NCBI GenBank assembly: GCA_054600435.1
Contig: BAAIJX010000022.1
Location: 124,001 to 188,000 of the forward strand
Source: Neophaeotheca triangularis
Lineage: Eukaryota
Length of the DNA: 64,000 nt
Reading direction: 5' to 3'
Positions 1 through 13,200 of this stretch are shown here, piece after piece. The notes below the pieces were generated by a model. The model made no database searches. It was not told the origin of the DNA and saw only the letters and a program-made list of their open reading frames with translations. The position numbers and the translations under genes are program-made. The stretch's first letter is position 1. Every line of letters starts with the position of its first letter.

Positions 1-2489
1 AGGCGGTTGGCTTTGCGCCAGGCGTCGAAGCGACCGGAGCGAAAAGAAGCCGGGATGCGCTGCCCGCTCTCGCCGACAATATACTTGCTGCCCTTGCTGC
101 CGTCCTCGTCGTTTTCGCGCCGCACGTACTTCTTGCTCTTCTTGTCCCAGCGCATGCCTTTGGCCTTGGTGCCGCCGCTGCTTCCGTCGCCCAGGGCTTT
201 GGACTCGTCGTTGGCGAGGTCCATGGTTGCACCCGCGGCTTGCGTTACGAAGTTTGAGCTGGCTGGGTTGTAGCCGCCCGATTGCACGCCGTAGCCTTTG
301 TCTTCGGTGAGGTTGATGGAGGTGGGAGTGTAGGACATGAAGTTTTCCGTGTCTTGCCAGGTGTGGGCGCCTTTGCGGCGTTTGTTGGAGTTTTGCTCCG
401 TGGGCGCCGTGAAGGTGAGCTCCAACTCGTTGTCTGAGGCGTCTTCCATACCTGCTGCGTCCGGGCGAGTGAGGACGAGATCGTCATCGGAATCTTCTTC
501 GACCGTCGCAGGGGTTTTATCTGCGGGTGCGGTGCCGTTGGTAGACGACTTGAACTCGGACTGTTCTTCATCTGAATCTTCCTTCATACGATGCTTTGGC
601 ATGACTTTGGCCCTCCTATTCCGCATAATCTCCGCGGCTTCGCTCTGCGCACCTTTCCTACCAAGCTCGAAGATTGTCTCCTGGGGCCTGAACCCACTGA
701 CCTTGGCGAGAAGGTCCTGACGAGCCTGATCCTCGCCAACCTTATTGTCATCGTGAAACAACATGTTAGCACCCTTCTTGCTGTCGTCTTGATTGAGTTG
801 TTTGACCCTCTTGACACTCTCTGCAGAAGCCGGGTTACGGGTGCGCAGGTATTGTTTCTCTCCCTTTGCGGCAACGTCGCGTTGCATTTGCAGGTCTTCG
901 TTATCATGCAACAGAACACCGACTTCCTCGATGCAGCGTTCCAGCCCGTCGCGAACGAAAGAACCAACAACGATGGTGTTTTTGAACATGTCCCGTTCAA
1001 ACTCTGCCCGGCCTACCGTGAGCTTACGGCTCAGGAATAGCTGTAGGTCTAGGAGATAGGGCATGTCCTTTTCGCCAATCAGACTATAACTCCATCCGGA
1101 TTTACCTGCTCTAGCGGTTCGACCGACGCGATGAACGAAGATCTTGGGTTGTGAAGGGAAGTCGTAGTTGATGACATTAGCCAAAATCGGAATGTCCAAC
1201 CCTCTGGCAGCGACGTCCGTAACAATCAGGATATTTGTGAGACCGGCGCGAAACTCTTGAACTTGAATCTTACGGGCTGTTTGATCGAGGGCTCCGTAGA
1301 CGTACGACGTGGAATAACCAAAGAGCTTGAGCAGTTCGTTGAGATACTCGACATGGTGTTTTGTCGCGGCGAAAATGACTGTCGAGTGCTTAGAGGGCAT
1401 ATCCTTTGCATCCGGGCCATCAGCGCCTCGCTTGCGCTTCTTTTCGGGTTTCTTTGCGTTTTCTTGAGCCTTGATACTCGCTTCGGTAGGCCCAGTAGGC
1501 ATCTTGATCACTTCCTCGAGCAAGTGGATCAATGCACCCTCCTTCTCGGCAGCTTTGACGGTAAAGAAAGCACTTTGCAAGTCAGGCGAGACCTTGCTCT
1601 CAGCATCTAGACGAACGAGTTTGGGGTCTTGCAATCCAGCTCTGGCAAACTCGACGAGACTCTTCGGCAGAGTTGCAGAGAAGAGTAGGGTTTGTCTCGA
1701 CGATGGCAAGGAGTGCATAATCTCGGCCAACTGAGCTGCGAAACCCATCTCGAACAGTCTGTCCGCTTCGTCAAAGACCACATACTGCACGCTGCTGAGC
1801 TCCAGCGACATTTCGACTTTCAAATGCTCGAACCGTCCAGGAGTAGCGATGATGATGTCCGGATTGCTTGCCATGCTGCTGAATTGGTCTTCTAAGCTGT
1901 CTCCACCTACCAAGAGTGTTGTCCTCAAGTCGGTACCTCTGCCCAGCTCCTTGATGACCTTGAGCGTCTGAAGCGCCAACTCTCTAGACGGAGAAAGAAC
2001 GATAGCCCTCGCGCCGACCTTTGCGCTGTGCGACTTGAGTTTCTCGATCATTGGAATGACAAAAGCCGCAGTCTTGCCAGATCCCGTCCTTGCCATTCCC
2101 ACAACGTCCTGGCCGTCCATAATCACCGGTATGGTCTTGCGCTGAATCGGTGTGGGCACGGAGAAGCCTTTCTTCGTGATAGCCTTGAGGAGATGCGTGT
2201 TCAAGCCCATCGTTTGGAAAGCGCCAGCCTTTTTTGCAGTCTTTCCTCCAAGCACTGTACTTTTTTTGTTGGCAGCTGCTTGCGTCGCAGCGATAAAAGC
2301 CTCGTCCTCCTCCGAGCTCTCTTCATCCTGGGCAGAGCTCGTTACCGGGTTTCTTTTGTGCTTCTTCGCGACCTTTGCTTCCACCTCGCCAGCGGGTTCG
2401 TCCTCACTATCGAACCCTCCATCCTGGAAGAGGTTCTTACTGATATCCACCTCCGTCTCCGACAGCGCCGGCGACACTTCTCTATGCAT
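1..2489 (-). CDS. DBP10: ATP-dependent DEAD-box RNA helicase Dbp10 (3' end runs off the window)
   Basis: Manual minus-strand translation from ATG 2489 gives [21 protein letters not shown]...[31 protein letters not shown]...[14 protein letters not shown]. The frame appears open to the window edge, which explains its absence from the ORF track. Confidence 0.93.
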   Translation of the reverse strand, partial: MHREVSPALSETEVDISKNLFQDGGFDSEDEPAGEVEAKVAKKHKRNPVTSSAQDEESSEEDEAFIAATQAAANKKSTVLGGKTAKKAGAFQTMGLNTHLLKAITKKGFSVPTPIQRKTIPVIMDGQDVVGMARTGSGKTAAFVIPMIEKLKSHSAKVGARAIVLSPSRELALQTLKVIKELGRGTDLRTTLLVGGDSLEDQFSSMASNPDIIIATPGRFEHLKVEMSLELSSVQYVVFDEADRLFEMGFAAQLAEIMHSLPSSRQTLLFSATLPKSLVEFARAGLQDPKLVRLDAESKVSPDLQSAFFTVKAAEKEGALIHLLEEVIKMPTGPTEASIKAQENAKKPEKKRKRGADGPDAKDMPSKHSTVIFAATKHHVEYLNELLKLFGYSTSYVYGALDQTARKIQVQEFRAGLTNILIVTDVAARGLDIPILANVINYDFPSQPKIFVHRVGRTARAGKSGWSYSLIGEKDMPYLLDLQLFLSRKLTVGRAEFERDMFKNTIVVGSFVRDGLERCIEEVGVLLHDNEDLQMQRDVAAKGEKQYLRTRNPASAESVKRVKQLNQDDSKKGANMLFHDDNKVGEDQARQDLLAKVSGFRPQETIFELGRKGAQSEAAEIMRNRRAKVMPKHRMKEDSDEEQSEFKSSTNGTAPADKTPATVEEDSDDDLVLTRPDAAGMEDASDNELELTFTAPTEQNSNKRRKGAHTWQDTENFMSYTPTSINLTEDKGYGVQSGGYNPASSNFVTQAAGATMDLANDESKALGDGSSGGTKAKGMRWDKKSKKYVRRENDEDGSKGSKYIVGESGQRIPASFRSGRFDAWRKANR

Positions 2490-2848
2490 TTTGAACATCC
2501 CGACCGCAAATTGCGTTGGAGGTGGAGGTTGAGGTGGCGGTTCAAGAAGACGCATGAACTTTTCTCGTCAAGGCCTCGCTAAGATTCGCTATCGGGCGAG
2601 GATCGCAAAATCTTGGCGCCACTATTACCCTTATCTTATCGCACTAGCGTGTAAGGAGTCAATTCAGAAGCAGTCGCGTCCTACGCGCGACGGCCGCCAA
2701 ACGCCTTTTCCGAGAAGATTGACTGAGGCATTTGAACCGACGCCTCTGATACGACTTCCTACGCACGTCTTGTACACTACCTTGCGTATCACTGAACTCG
2801 ACTTTGTTCGCTCACCACCGGTAGCTTTAGTAATATCAACCCGTCGAG

Positions 2849-3752
2849 ATGGATTACGGCAACCAATACTCGACTACCTCCTATGGGGCACAAGGCGGCG
2901 CAAACAGCGGGGGTTTCATGCCAGGCAGCCAAACTGAGAGCCCTTCCACGAAGAGAGTAAGCCTCACTCCACAGCAGCGTGACATTGCTCACTCTTCCCG
3001 CTAATAAACCCATCCAGAACTACGGCAAAGACACCCTCCGCCCCTGCACCATCCGCCAACTCCACTCCGCCCACCACCCCCACCCGGACGCCGAATACTT
3101 CCTCATCGACGGCAGCGAAACAACCCAAATAACCTTCGTGGCTCAAGTCCGCGCCATCTCCACTCAAACAACCAACATCACCTACAAGCTCGACGATGGC
3201 ACGGGCATCATTGAGGCCAAAGTCTGGATCGACAGCGACACGCTCAACGACGAGAGCGACCCGAGCAACAGCAAGCCCAAGCCCGTAGAAAACGGGTACG
3301 CGCGTGTGCACGGCAGGCTCAAGGCTTTCAACAACAAGAGGCACGCGCTTGCGAATGTCATCAGACCTGTGGAGGACTTGAACGAGGTGCAATGTCATTT
3401 GCTTGAGGCGACGGCCGTGCATTTGCACTTCACGAGAGGGCCTTTGGAGAGCTTGCAGGCGAACGGTGCGGACGGGAAAGCGCAGATGGGGCAGCAGAAT
3501 GGTGGCGGTATGGATATGGGTGGTGGGATGGCGGATCGCCCATTGCCGCCTACGATGAGTGTGGCGGCTAGGAGGGTCTTTCAGTGCATCAAGACCACGC
3601 CGCAGAGTAATGAGGGGTTGCATATGCAGAATATTTCTATGAATACGGGTATGGAGTTGAGCGAGGTTCTGAAGGGAGGGGAGGAGCTGTCCGGGGCTGG
3701 GTTGATCTATACGACTGTTGACGACCACACGTGGGCTCTGATGGACTGTTAG
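2849..3752 (+). CDS. RFA2: Replication protein A 32-kDa subunit (RPA2/Rfa2/Ssb2)
   Basis: Exon 1 MDYGNQYSTTSYGAQGG...; intron 2957-3017 (GTAAGC..CTAAT..CAG). OB-fold signature TLRPCTIRQ, YKLDDGTG, and a winged-helix C-terminus GLIYTTVDDHTW. Confidence 0.93.
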
Positions 3753-3963
3753 GGGAGAACATAACTCAAAAGGAGGGCTGTAGGGCGCTTTGGTGTTGAG
3801 GATTGATGTTTATGATACGCCGCGAAAGCGAGCCGTGAGGCGAGGGAACAAAATTGCTCTCAGCATGTCGAAGAGCTGCTTTGCTGTAGAATCGTATGTA
3901 GCTAGCATGAGCGTGCAGCCACAAGATTCCATCTCATAAACACTCATTAACGCCCGAGCTTCG

Positions 3964-4731
3964 TCACCTCGTCGTAACGTTCGTCGACAAGAAAAGCACG
4001 CAAGCCGCAATAATCGCACTCGCAACCACAGTAAAGACCTACAAAGCACATCAGTCAACATGCTAACCATCGTGAGAAAAAGAAAAAGTCAATCAGACTC
4101 ACAACCTGCGTCTTCCACCCACTCTGCACCAACGCCTCGCGCCTCGAGTACCTCTCCACGGTCTTGATATAATTCGCCAGCCCGGAGGCCAAACAAGCCA
4201 TCGCCAGCAACCAGAAAATAATCCCAAAGGGCAGAGCAACTCGCAACTCGAGGGGCGTGGGCTCGTGTTTCAGGTGGAAGGATATTAAGATGGCGACGGC
4301 GACGACGGCTAAGTAGGTTGAGAGGCGGAGCCAAGAGAGGAAGGCTATTGGGGGAAAGGGGTTAGTGGTGGGGGTTTGTGGGTTTGGGGAGGAGAGGGGA
4401 GGGGAGCTTCACTTCGCTCGGCTGCGCAGTGGTCGCGTGCGTCGGAGTCGTTGTTGTCGAAGAGGAGAGGGCCGAGGAGGGGGGCTTCGGTGAAGACGTG
4501 GCGGGTGTAGGAGTTTCGTCTAAGGGGGTTTTGCGGTTAGTGGGTGGAATGGATGCAGGGAGGGTGGGGGTTTCGTCTCGGGGGGAAAGGGGGGGGGTTT
4601 TACTGGTGCACCATTACTGGCCGGGAGGAAATGGGGTTGTAGATCGGGTTGTAGGGCTCGGATAGGAAGGCTCTGTCCTCGGTCGGGGTGCGGCTTATTG
4701 GTGGCCGCGAGGAGCTGGTTCTGAAAGGCAT
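3964..4731 (-). CDS. DUF202 (YidH/Vtc1-like) small membrane protein, spliced
   Basis: Exons give MPFRTSSSRPP... / LLFDNNDSDARDHCAAER / FLSWLRLSTYLAVVAVAILISFHL...SGLANYIKTVERYSRREALVQSGWKTQV / ...VLFLSTNVTTR*. The ARDHxAxER-FLSWLR motif is typical of DUF202. Confidence 0.8.
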
Positions 4732-5283
4732 GGCGGAGGAGTTGGTTCTTTGCTTTAAAGTTCTTTGATATGAGTGATGGTTGATGGCAGTGAGCGGGAC
4801 TTTGCCCCTGCTGTTGTGGGCTACATGTGGATTGTCCTTTCGCTCCAAATGATCAAAGTCGGAGTTTAATAACTAAAGTAATCGTTCGATTCAACTAAAG
4901 ACAGCGGTTCGCCAGGGAACAAAAGCAAGGATTGGAGACGGTAATGTTACTCGACTGTGCTATTCTGTTGTCTTCATGTAGATGTCAGATGGCAGTCTTG
5001 TCCTTGAAGACGAGGTGCAGTAGGATGTAGGGACGAATGCTGTCCGTACTACGGTCGGGTACTCGAGACGAGCAAAGCGCACGGGCCAAGGGCTTGAAGT
5101 CGACCTCAGTCTTCAACTTCAACTTTCGGGAAAGCCAAGAAGTCTGCGACTCCATACATTCACTAAACCCTCATTCGAACCCCGGACAAACCAACGGCTA
5201 CACCGCACTGAAGCATCGCTCGACCAATTGAGACAAAGCCCATTGCGCCTACGCGCGAGAACCCAAACACCCAAAAGGCCTCC

Positions 5284-5880
5284 ATGGCCGCCTCCATGGC
5301 CGCAGCGCCCTTCCGCGTAGGCCAAAAGGAAGTGCACCTGTACGCCTTCGCCCCTGCCACCCACAGCACCTCACAACTAACCATTCACTTCCCCTTTCTC
5401 AGCCCAAACTTCACCGTAACTCTCCTCCGCAGCCGACACCTCCCAGCCTCGCAAGCGCAATTCCTCGTACCCCTCTGGTTCAGCAAACTCGATCTCCGCG
5501 ACTACCTCTATCACGCCTACAACGTGCGCACCCTCGCAATCCGCAGTTATATTAAACTCTCGCCGGTTGAGCAAGGTGACCCGCAGTCGCCGCGGCCGCA
5601 ATACAAGCGTTGGCGCAGACCCATGAGTTCGAAGCGGATGACGGTGGAGTTGGAGGAGCCTTTTGCTTGGCCAGAGGTGCCGGAAAGTCTGGACGAGTGG
5701 AGTCAGGGGGAGTTTAAGCAGGCGGAGAAGGAGCAAGAGGATTATGGGGAGAGGTTGGGCCCGACGAGGGATACGTATGTGGACAAGGGGAGGAGGGAAA
5801 GGATGAGGGAGCAGGCTAAGGCGCTGCTAGAAGGAAGGGAGGTTTGGATGCCAGGGAACAGGCCGCCGGTGGGGAGGTAA
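5284..5880 (+). CDS. MRP20: Mitochondrial 54S ribosomal protein uL23m (Mrp20)
   Basis: FRVGQKEVHL|PNFTVTLLR...FLVPLWFSKLDLRDYLYHAYNV...KRMTVELEEPFAWP; in-frame 63-nt intron 5340-5402. Confidence 0.88.
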   Translation: MAASMAAAPFRVGQKEVHLYAFAPATHSTSQLTIHFPFLSPNFTVTLLRSRHLPASQAQFLVPLWFSKLDLRDYLYHAYNVRTLAIRSYIKLSPVEQGDPQSPRPQYKRWRRPMSSKRMTVELEEPFAWPEVPESLDEWSQGEFKQAEKEQEDYGERLGPTRDTYVDKGRRERMREQAKALLEGREVWMPGNRPPVGR

Positions 5881-6047
5881 GGGGATGTGTGGCTGAGGGT
5901 TGAGTGTAGCATCATTTTGTACTATACAGGGCTATGGGCGGCGCTACGGAATGCACCTTTCTAGTGCATCTGTGCAAGGCCGTTGCAGCAGGTGCAGCTG
6001 AAATGCACGGAGCCAATTTCGCCTCAAGACGCAGTGCCAGAGCACCT

Positions 6048-7498
6048 TCATGCATCGTTCTTGGCTTCCCGGGTAGCCAGAGACTCGCGTTGTCTCTTGA
6101 GCACGTTTTCCTCGTACTTCCTGTACCTCCTCTCGAAGTAATCGCCGCAAGCACAATCTTCATCGCAGTAGAGGCGTTGGTGAACGTCGTCATAGTCGCC
6201 AAAGCCGGAGACATCGGATTCGTAGCCGAAGGAAGAGTAGTCGTCCTCGTCGTGCCGTTCGCCGCACGAGGAGCAGGGTTCTGTGAGTGTGTAGCTTTCA
6301 CCACTGTAGTCTTCTCGAGCGTAGAAGTCGATACCTGCATCAGACGGTCAGTATGCATTGTGAGTAGTGAGCGATTGCCTTGACATACGTTTTTGATGGC
6401 GCCTCTTCTTGCCCGGAACCGCGCTGTCGCGCTTGGCAGTATGGTAGCGGATCTTGAGTTCTCGCTTGACTTTGATGCGCTTCTGCTCCTTCCTTGCGTC
6501 GTTCTTGCGCGTTTTCTCTTTCATGTGCTCCTCCACGTCTCCGTGCACGAGATTGGCGATCCTTTCGACGTCCGAACGAAGGAAGTTGTACTTGACACCG
6601 TATCCATTGAAGATTCCGAGCCCACCCCACACAGTGTTGTAAGGGATGACAGGCAAGTTTGAGTGCTTGGCGCGTGGACCAGGACTGCGCGACTTCAAAA
6701 GCATGTAGGCGTTGAGATCGTAGTAAGTCTTTGCGTCCGATAGTCCCTTCGTTCGGTTAGTGTTGGCATTGTCTGAGGGACAGCGCTGGTCAAACATACA
6801 ATTAGACCACCAGGGAACTCCTCGGACTCGCAGGGCGAGCGGCAGATACCAACCGTGTTTGCCACAGTCGCGCGGTTTCCGACAAGTCTATTGCAACGGA
6901 GACAGTAGCACGCTATCCAGAGAACAAAAATCCTGCGGTAGACCGGAGCTTGCGGGGTGGCCATTTGCTCGACGCGAGCGGAACGACGAAGAACAGTTTT
7001 AGGTTTCCTGATTATCAGGGGATCTTGCACTTGGGCAAAACGTGTGTACACCCCGGGATTACCTCGAAGCTGTCTCTCGCAGAAGCTCTCGACATGGTCT
7101 TTGAGGTGATGCGACATAGCCGCCAGCGAAAGGAGGACATGGGGGTGCTCCTTGAACTCGGTGCCGTGATCGTTGTGACGAGCTTTAATCTTCTCGCCCA
7201 AGTCTGGATGATGATCGCGAACCGAGTAAGAAAGAATCCTGTCGAGGATCTCAGAGGGGATTTTGCTGATGAAGTCTTTGCCATCTTCGACAGGCACGTT
7301 GAAGGCATCAGAGTCGTCCTTGAATTGCGGTAGCTGGTGCTCATCCATCCCGCCTTCGTCTAGGAGGCTGTCGTCTTCGGCCTGCCCCTCGACGTCCTCG
7401 CGGGCCTGAAGGCGAGCGGACTTGCGCTGCTTCTTGACATCGCGCTTGATGTCAGTAGCGGTCTTCCGGTTCGACGACTTCCCCTTTGGTTTGGCCAT
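6048..7498 (-). CDS. F-box-like domain protein with Cys-rich segments, 3 exons
   Basis: MAKPKGK start at 7498; F-box-like ISKIPSEILDRILSY; CxxC motifs; two GT-AG introns (about 6740-6800 and 6335-6390); last exon ends ...REAKNDA* at 6048. Confidence 0.6.
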
Positions 7499-9226
7499 TG
7501 TCGCGATGTTGCTGTTGGTAGAAAACAGCAGGGGTAGAAGAGTTGGAGTTGCTGGAGGTTGAGGTGGAGGTTGGAAGGCGGAGTGCGAAGGTGAAGGAAC
7601 CAAACGCGACAAACACGCGCTGTGACGTGCCAAGGCAACAACACCCATTCAAGGCAGTAATCTGAAGCAATGGAAGATACCCTACCTTATGAGAAAGGAG
7701 CAACGTAGTGGGACCCCGCGCCCTATGCATGGCAGGCACGACTACATGGAAAATCAAACTCCGACCTCACCATCTCCCACAGCCAGAACTGAACAAGGTT
7801 TCTCCCAACGAAACCAATGAGTGCAGTAAGGAGATTATGTATACTTACCGGCAACAACATATTGACACGCTGTTGGTAGCCATGCGCACTCAAAGTGACC
7901 TTCTTTAGACCCCACGAGCCCGTCGTCGTTCCAGTATAGCACACTTCTAGACTTAGTGCGTCCTCCCTTGACAACGTCCATCTGCTACCCCTCTGGATGG
8001 ATGAACGTTTCCCCTTTTCAGGTACTACACCAGCTACCGGCCACCTCTTGCTCTGCCTACAACGTGCTAGCTACATTTGCATCTGCCTCCACATATACGC
8101 CTTGCACGCCCAGCGCACCGTTCATCGAGTCTCGTTCGCACTCCATGCTCTTGGCTCTGATGGAGTCCACGAGCACCCCTGGCAATGACTACCCAGTCCG
8201 TATGGGATCTAGAGGCCAGAATGTGCGAGCGTGAGATCACGACGGGATGTGGCGCCGAGATAGACTCAGACTCAAGCTAGGGGAACACGTCTCGCAGCGC
8301 TCAGGACTATCTTCCAGCGTCCGGCCGTGTCCAGAAGCGCAACTGCGCTCGGGCGAGCAATCAACGTCGCCAACGTCTTGTGCATAGCCGCTGTCGTTCC
8401 AACCTTGAATGCCATGGCCGGGGAGAGGCAATAGATACGATGTCATGTCCATTCTTTTGCATCCCCCATCTCAGGTGCTTTTACTGGCCGCCATGTTCCG
8501 GGAGACTATGCTCATCGGATTCGAATCTCTTCGGGATAGGGCAAGCTGCCCAACACGCACCAGACTATACCAATGCATACACACAGTGTGGCTCGTCTGA
8601 ATACGATCAGACCTCGTCGACGTTGCTGCGAAGTAGCCACGAGACTTGAAAGTACAATTCATTTGGCACCACTTTACTCCTAAGGTTTGCGCGCTTGCTT
8701 GCGGGCTTTCGGCATCTCCTCTTCAATACCTGACCGTCCTGACGCATTCGTATGGCCGAGCAAGGCTTCGATAGGCCTCTTGAAATTTGGTTCCTACGCG
8801 GAGGACAGCTTGAACGTTTCCTCTTCCCGATCGCTTACTGACTGTTAAGCAATCCCGTAATCCCACTGGTATCCTAAACGACAACCGGCTGATTCTTCGT
8901 TCTTCACACTGGGTACACACGCGAGTATAAAGGCTAAAGTATCGATGAGAGACATTGCGATGACATGAAGTCAAGCAGGTAAGACGCCTCCCGCTTCACT
9001 TGAGCACTGACCCCTTTTTCGCCCCCACGTTGGGCATTCCCCCTCTTGCTTTCGAGACGAGAGGTGGGGCGGTTGCGGTGATGTAACCAGCGATTTTTGC
9101 AAAGCGCAACCTAAACTCAGGACTCGCGTGCCGTGCCCCTTACAACTACATCAACTCAAATACCATTCACCACCAGCAAACAATCAGCAACTCAAATCCA
9201 ATCTACTTCATCCCAATACAGCAAAA

Positions 9227-9764
9227 ATGAGCGGAACTTCCAACGTCGGACAGCCCAGCGTCTACGAGGCCGGTGACCAGGTACGGCGCGTTCCAAGCAA
9301 CCAGATTACCCTGCAATGGCTGACACTTGTCGCAGAAAAACTCCAAGGCCGGCGCGAATGACAGGGAGGCATACCACGAGGGCAAGACCAACAGCCATCT
9401 TCCCAACGACCCCAGTATGTTGCATCTGATAGAGGTTTTCGAACCATATCGCGCGCTCCGATCTAACATAGTCACAGAGGATGAGCGTTCCATTGCCAAC
9501 AAGCTAGCGCGTGAGGAGAAGCGCCAGAATGAGTCTGAGCCCGAGAGCAAGGAGGTCACTCAGTCCAAGAAGGACTCCACCATGCCCGTATGTATACAGA
9601 AACGCTCGTAGTGGCCGAGGCTGAGAACGTGTCGCTAACTACTCCTCTTCCAGGCTGCCGCCCACGGCAACGAGCCCTCCAAGGGCGCCAAGATCGACCA
9701 GGAGCTGCGCGAGGAGGACCAGGAGGCCGAGAAGAAGAAGGGTCAGTTCGGCCACAAGTCATAG
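9227..9764 (+). CDS. Small conserved hydrophilic fungal protein (stress/hydrophilin-like), 4 exons
   Basis: MSGTSNVGQPSVYEAGDQ / ...DERSIANKLAREEKR... / AAAHGNEPSKGAKIDQELREED...*; three canonical introns; CCCCT (STRE-like) motifs upstream. Confidence 0.75.
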
Positions 9765-10291
9765 ATGCTGGACGTTTCGTCTCCCACAGGCATTTCAGAA
9801 GGTGCATTATGAGGCATGACATTACGGGGCGGGGAGCATACAATCTGGGCAGAGCAGTGAGCGCAAGCTCTTTGGTAGGGAGCGTATGACGACTCATCTT
9901 ATACCTCTGTCAACAGAATGCATTGACTCCAGTTGAATACGTCCCAAAGTCGATTTCGCTTCACTTGCAATGTTGAGTTTCTACCTGCGCCACGCTTAGT
10001 TGGTGGCTTGGCGTTGTGGCTGCTGCGGACTGTGGCTGCCGTTGCCAACGTCCTGTCCTGTTCTTGTATCAACTTCAATAATATGTCCTGGATTACCTCA
10101 GGCAACTTTGTCTCATGTCAACGTGAACCTTGGTGACACTCTGGCAAACCGTCGACGTAGCCGACTTTAGCGCGTACGAGCAACCCAAACATGAGCTGTT
10201 GCGCCACTTCACTACTATCTCCTTCCGATTCATTATTGCTCGCAACCTGAAGTCTCCCTGCCTGGGCTATAAGGTATGACTTGAGGCGAGT

Positions 10292-13200
10292 ATGGGCCAG
10301 AGTTATTCACAGGCGGCCTTGCCAGCTGGTCCGACGGCGATAGAAACGCCAGAGCTTGCAGATGTGACTTTCGAAAAACCCCACGCAGGCGTTCGCTTCC
10401 TACGGACAGTCAGGGCCCGGCACCAGAACGGCATCGTGCTGGTCAAAGTATGCATGAAGTCGGGTCCCAACGTCTCATTCAAGGACTATGTCCAGCGTCT
10501 CAAGGATGAGCGCGACAGACTCGCAGATGTGTCCAACGCCCTCTCTTACCAACGCATCCTCGAGACCAACTCCATTGGCATTCTGGTGCGACAATATCTC
10601 TACACGACACTCTACGACCGGACAAGTCTTAGACCGCATCTCGTCGGTATCGAGAAGAAGTGGATTGCCTTCCAACTGCTGTGCGCGGTCCGAGACTGCC
10701 ACGCTCGTGGTGTCTTCCATGGCGACATCAAGGCTCGAAACATCGTGGTCACATCCTGGGGATGGGTCTTTCTAACCGACTTCTCCTCTGCTTACAAGCC
10801 GGTCTATCTCCCAGAAGATAATCCCGCAGACTTTACCTTCTTCTACGACACTTCTGGTTCTTCGAGCACGCGAACATGCAATGTCGCCCCGGAGCGCTTT
10901 CTTGCCGCCGGGCAGAAGCCTCTCAAAGAAGAAGACGAAGTATCCTGGAGCATGGATATCTTCAGTCTTGGATGCGTTATTGCCGAACTATATACAGAAG
11001 TTGCGCCGTTTGATCTGACACAGATGTTCAAGTTCCGGCGTGGCGAGTATGACCCGACTCTGGCGTTGCTGAACAAAGTGGACGACGTCCACATACGGGC
11101 ACTCATCGGCAGTATGCTTAAGCTGGATCCAGAAGGCAGATGGCATGCTCAGGATTATCTTGACGAGTACAAAGACAAGGCCTTCCCCTTGTACTTTTAT
11201 CAGCACTTGCACGCTCTCATGCAGGACATCACCGATCCAACCGCTGGCCGCAAACCCGTGATACTCAGCGAGAGTAATAACGGAGAGGCTGATGATCGTA
11301 TCGATCGTATATACCAAGACTTTGAAATGCTTTCTGTGTCCCTGGGATACATCGATCCAGTCGCTTTAAACCCCAAGACAGTCAAGGAACCAAGTCATAG
11401 CACTGGCCTTTTCCCTCTTGAGGTCGACATACCCAACCATCGCCACTCGGCAACTTCTTCCTTGACCGAGGATGGCGACAACGGCACATTTATCCTGGCA
11501 AACATGGTCACTTCTTCTTTGAGAAGCACAGCTCGAGCGGCAACACGCATCAGAGCTTGCGAGCTCCTACTTGCCTTCGCGGAACGGCTTCCCGACGAGG
11601 CAAAACTTGACCGAATTCTGCCATATGTGATGCCACTGCTCGATGATCCTAACGAAATGGTACTGGTGGCCGCATTGAGAACGATGACACAAGTGCTGGC
11701 TTTGGTGACTGTTACCTCTCCATCCAACTCCTACCTCTTCACTCTTTACATCTTCCCAAAGTTGCAGACGTTCGTCGCTTCGCCTGGTTTCAAAAAGAAC
11801 CCAGTCGTTAGGGCCACCTATGCTGCTTGCCTCGCTAGCCTCGCGCAGAGCGCCTCACGCTTCCTTGATATGGTACAGGCTTTACGTGCGGCCGGATCCC
11901 TCCCCAGTGAGGCTTCACCAGACGACGAAGGCACAATGCTCATGTATCAGGAATCCTACGACGCTGCGCGCGCAGAGTTATTTGATCAATTTGAAGGTCA
12001 AACCAAGGTCTTCTTGACAGACAACAACACCTCGGTGAGGCGAGCTTTCTTAAGCTCTGTGACCAGCCTCTGCGTCTTCTTCGGCGAGACAAAATCCAGT
12101 GACATTATCCTCGCACATCTAAATACCTACCTCAACGACCCTGACTGGTTGCTCAAATGCGCTTTCTTCGAGACAATCGTCGGAGTGGCTATCTACATTG
12201 GGGGCGCCAGCTTAGAAGAATTTATACTCCCCCTCATGCTGCAAGCTCTCGCCGACCCGCAAGACTTTGTCATCGAGCAAGCGCTGCGATCGCTTTCAAG
12301 CATGGCTCAACTTGGTCTACTTCATCGTCAGAAAATCTGGGAACTCATCGACATTGTGGCGAGGTTCGAAATGCACCCAAACGTCTGGATCCGAGGGGCA
12401 GCTGCTCATTTCGTGGCTGCTTCCACGACTTTCATGTCTGTCGCCGATGTCCGAATTCTCATCGCGCCTCTGCTCCAGCCGTACCTCAAAGTCCCAGTGA
12501 GCGACCTGACGGAATTTGAGCTATTGGACGCGCTCAAGAAGCCTCTTCCTCGTAACGTGTTAGACATGGCTCTGGTTTGGGCGAACAGGTCGGACAAGGG
12601 TGTTTTCTGGAAGCCTGCGAAGGAAGCAAGGCAGCTCTCCTACCGTGCAACAGGCCAGACCATACCATTCTCATCCGTGGCCGATCTGAGCTCTGGATCA
12701 ATGGCGAGGACGCCAAAGAATGATGAAGACGAGCAATGGCTGGGTCGACTGCGCACGGCTGGCATGAGGACGGAGGACGAGCTCAAGCTTCTTGCATTTC
12801 GAGAGTACATATGGCGAGCTGCGCAGCGGAGCAAGAGGGATCAGCCGGCAGTGGAGGAGTCCGAGTACGATGGGGTGATTCATTTGTCAAAGCTGGGCGC
12901 CAAACTGCAGACCGTCATCTTTGACAATGAACCCGACCAGTACGAGCGTTATGTTTCGGCGAGAGACCAGGATCACGAGAGGTCGATTGCCGAGGCTTTG
13001 CATGAGGCACAGGGAACGCATAAACGACGAGAAGGCGGATCATCCGAACTCAATGGAGATGCGGCGGTAGGAACCCAAGACGCGCGGTCAGCGCAGAATG
13101 CGGGCGATCTCAAATCCCCCTCGCTCGAAGCACCCAGCACACAGAAGCGTGGCTCCGGCACAAGCCTGTCGATATCGCCCAACGCTGGAATTAGTCTACT

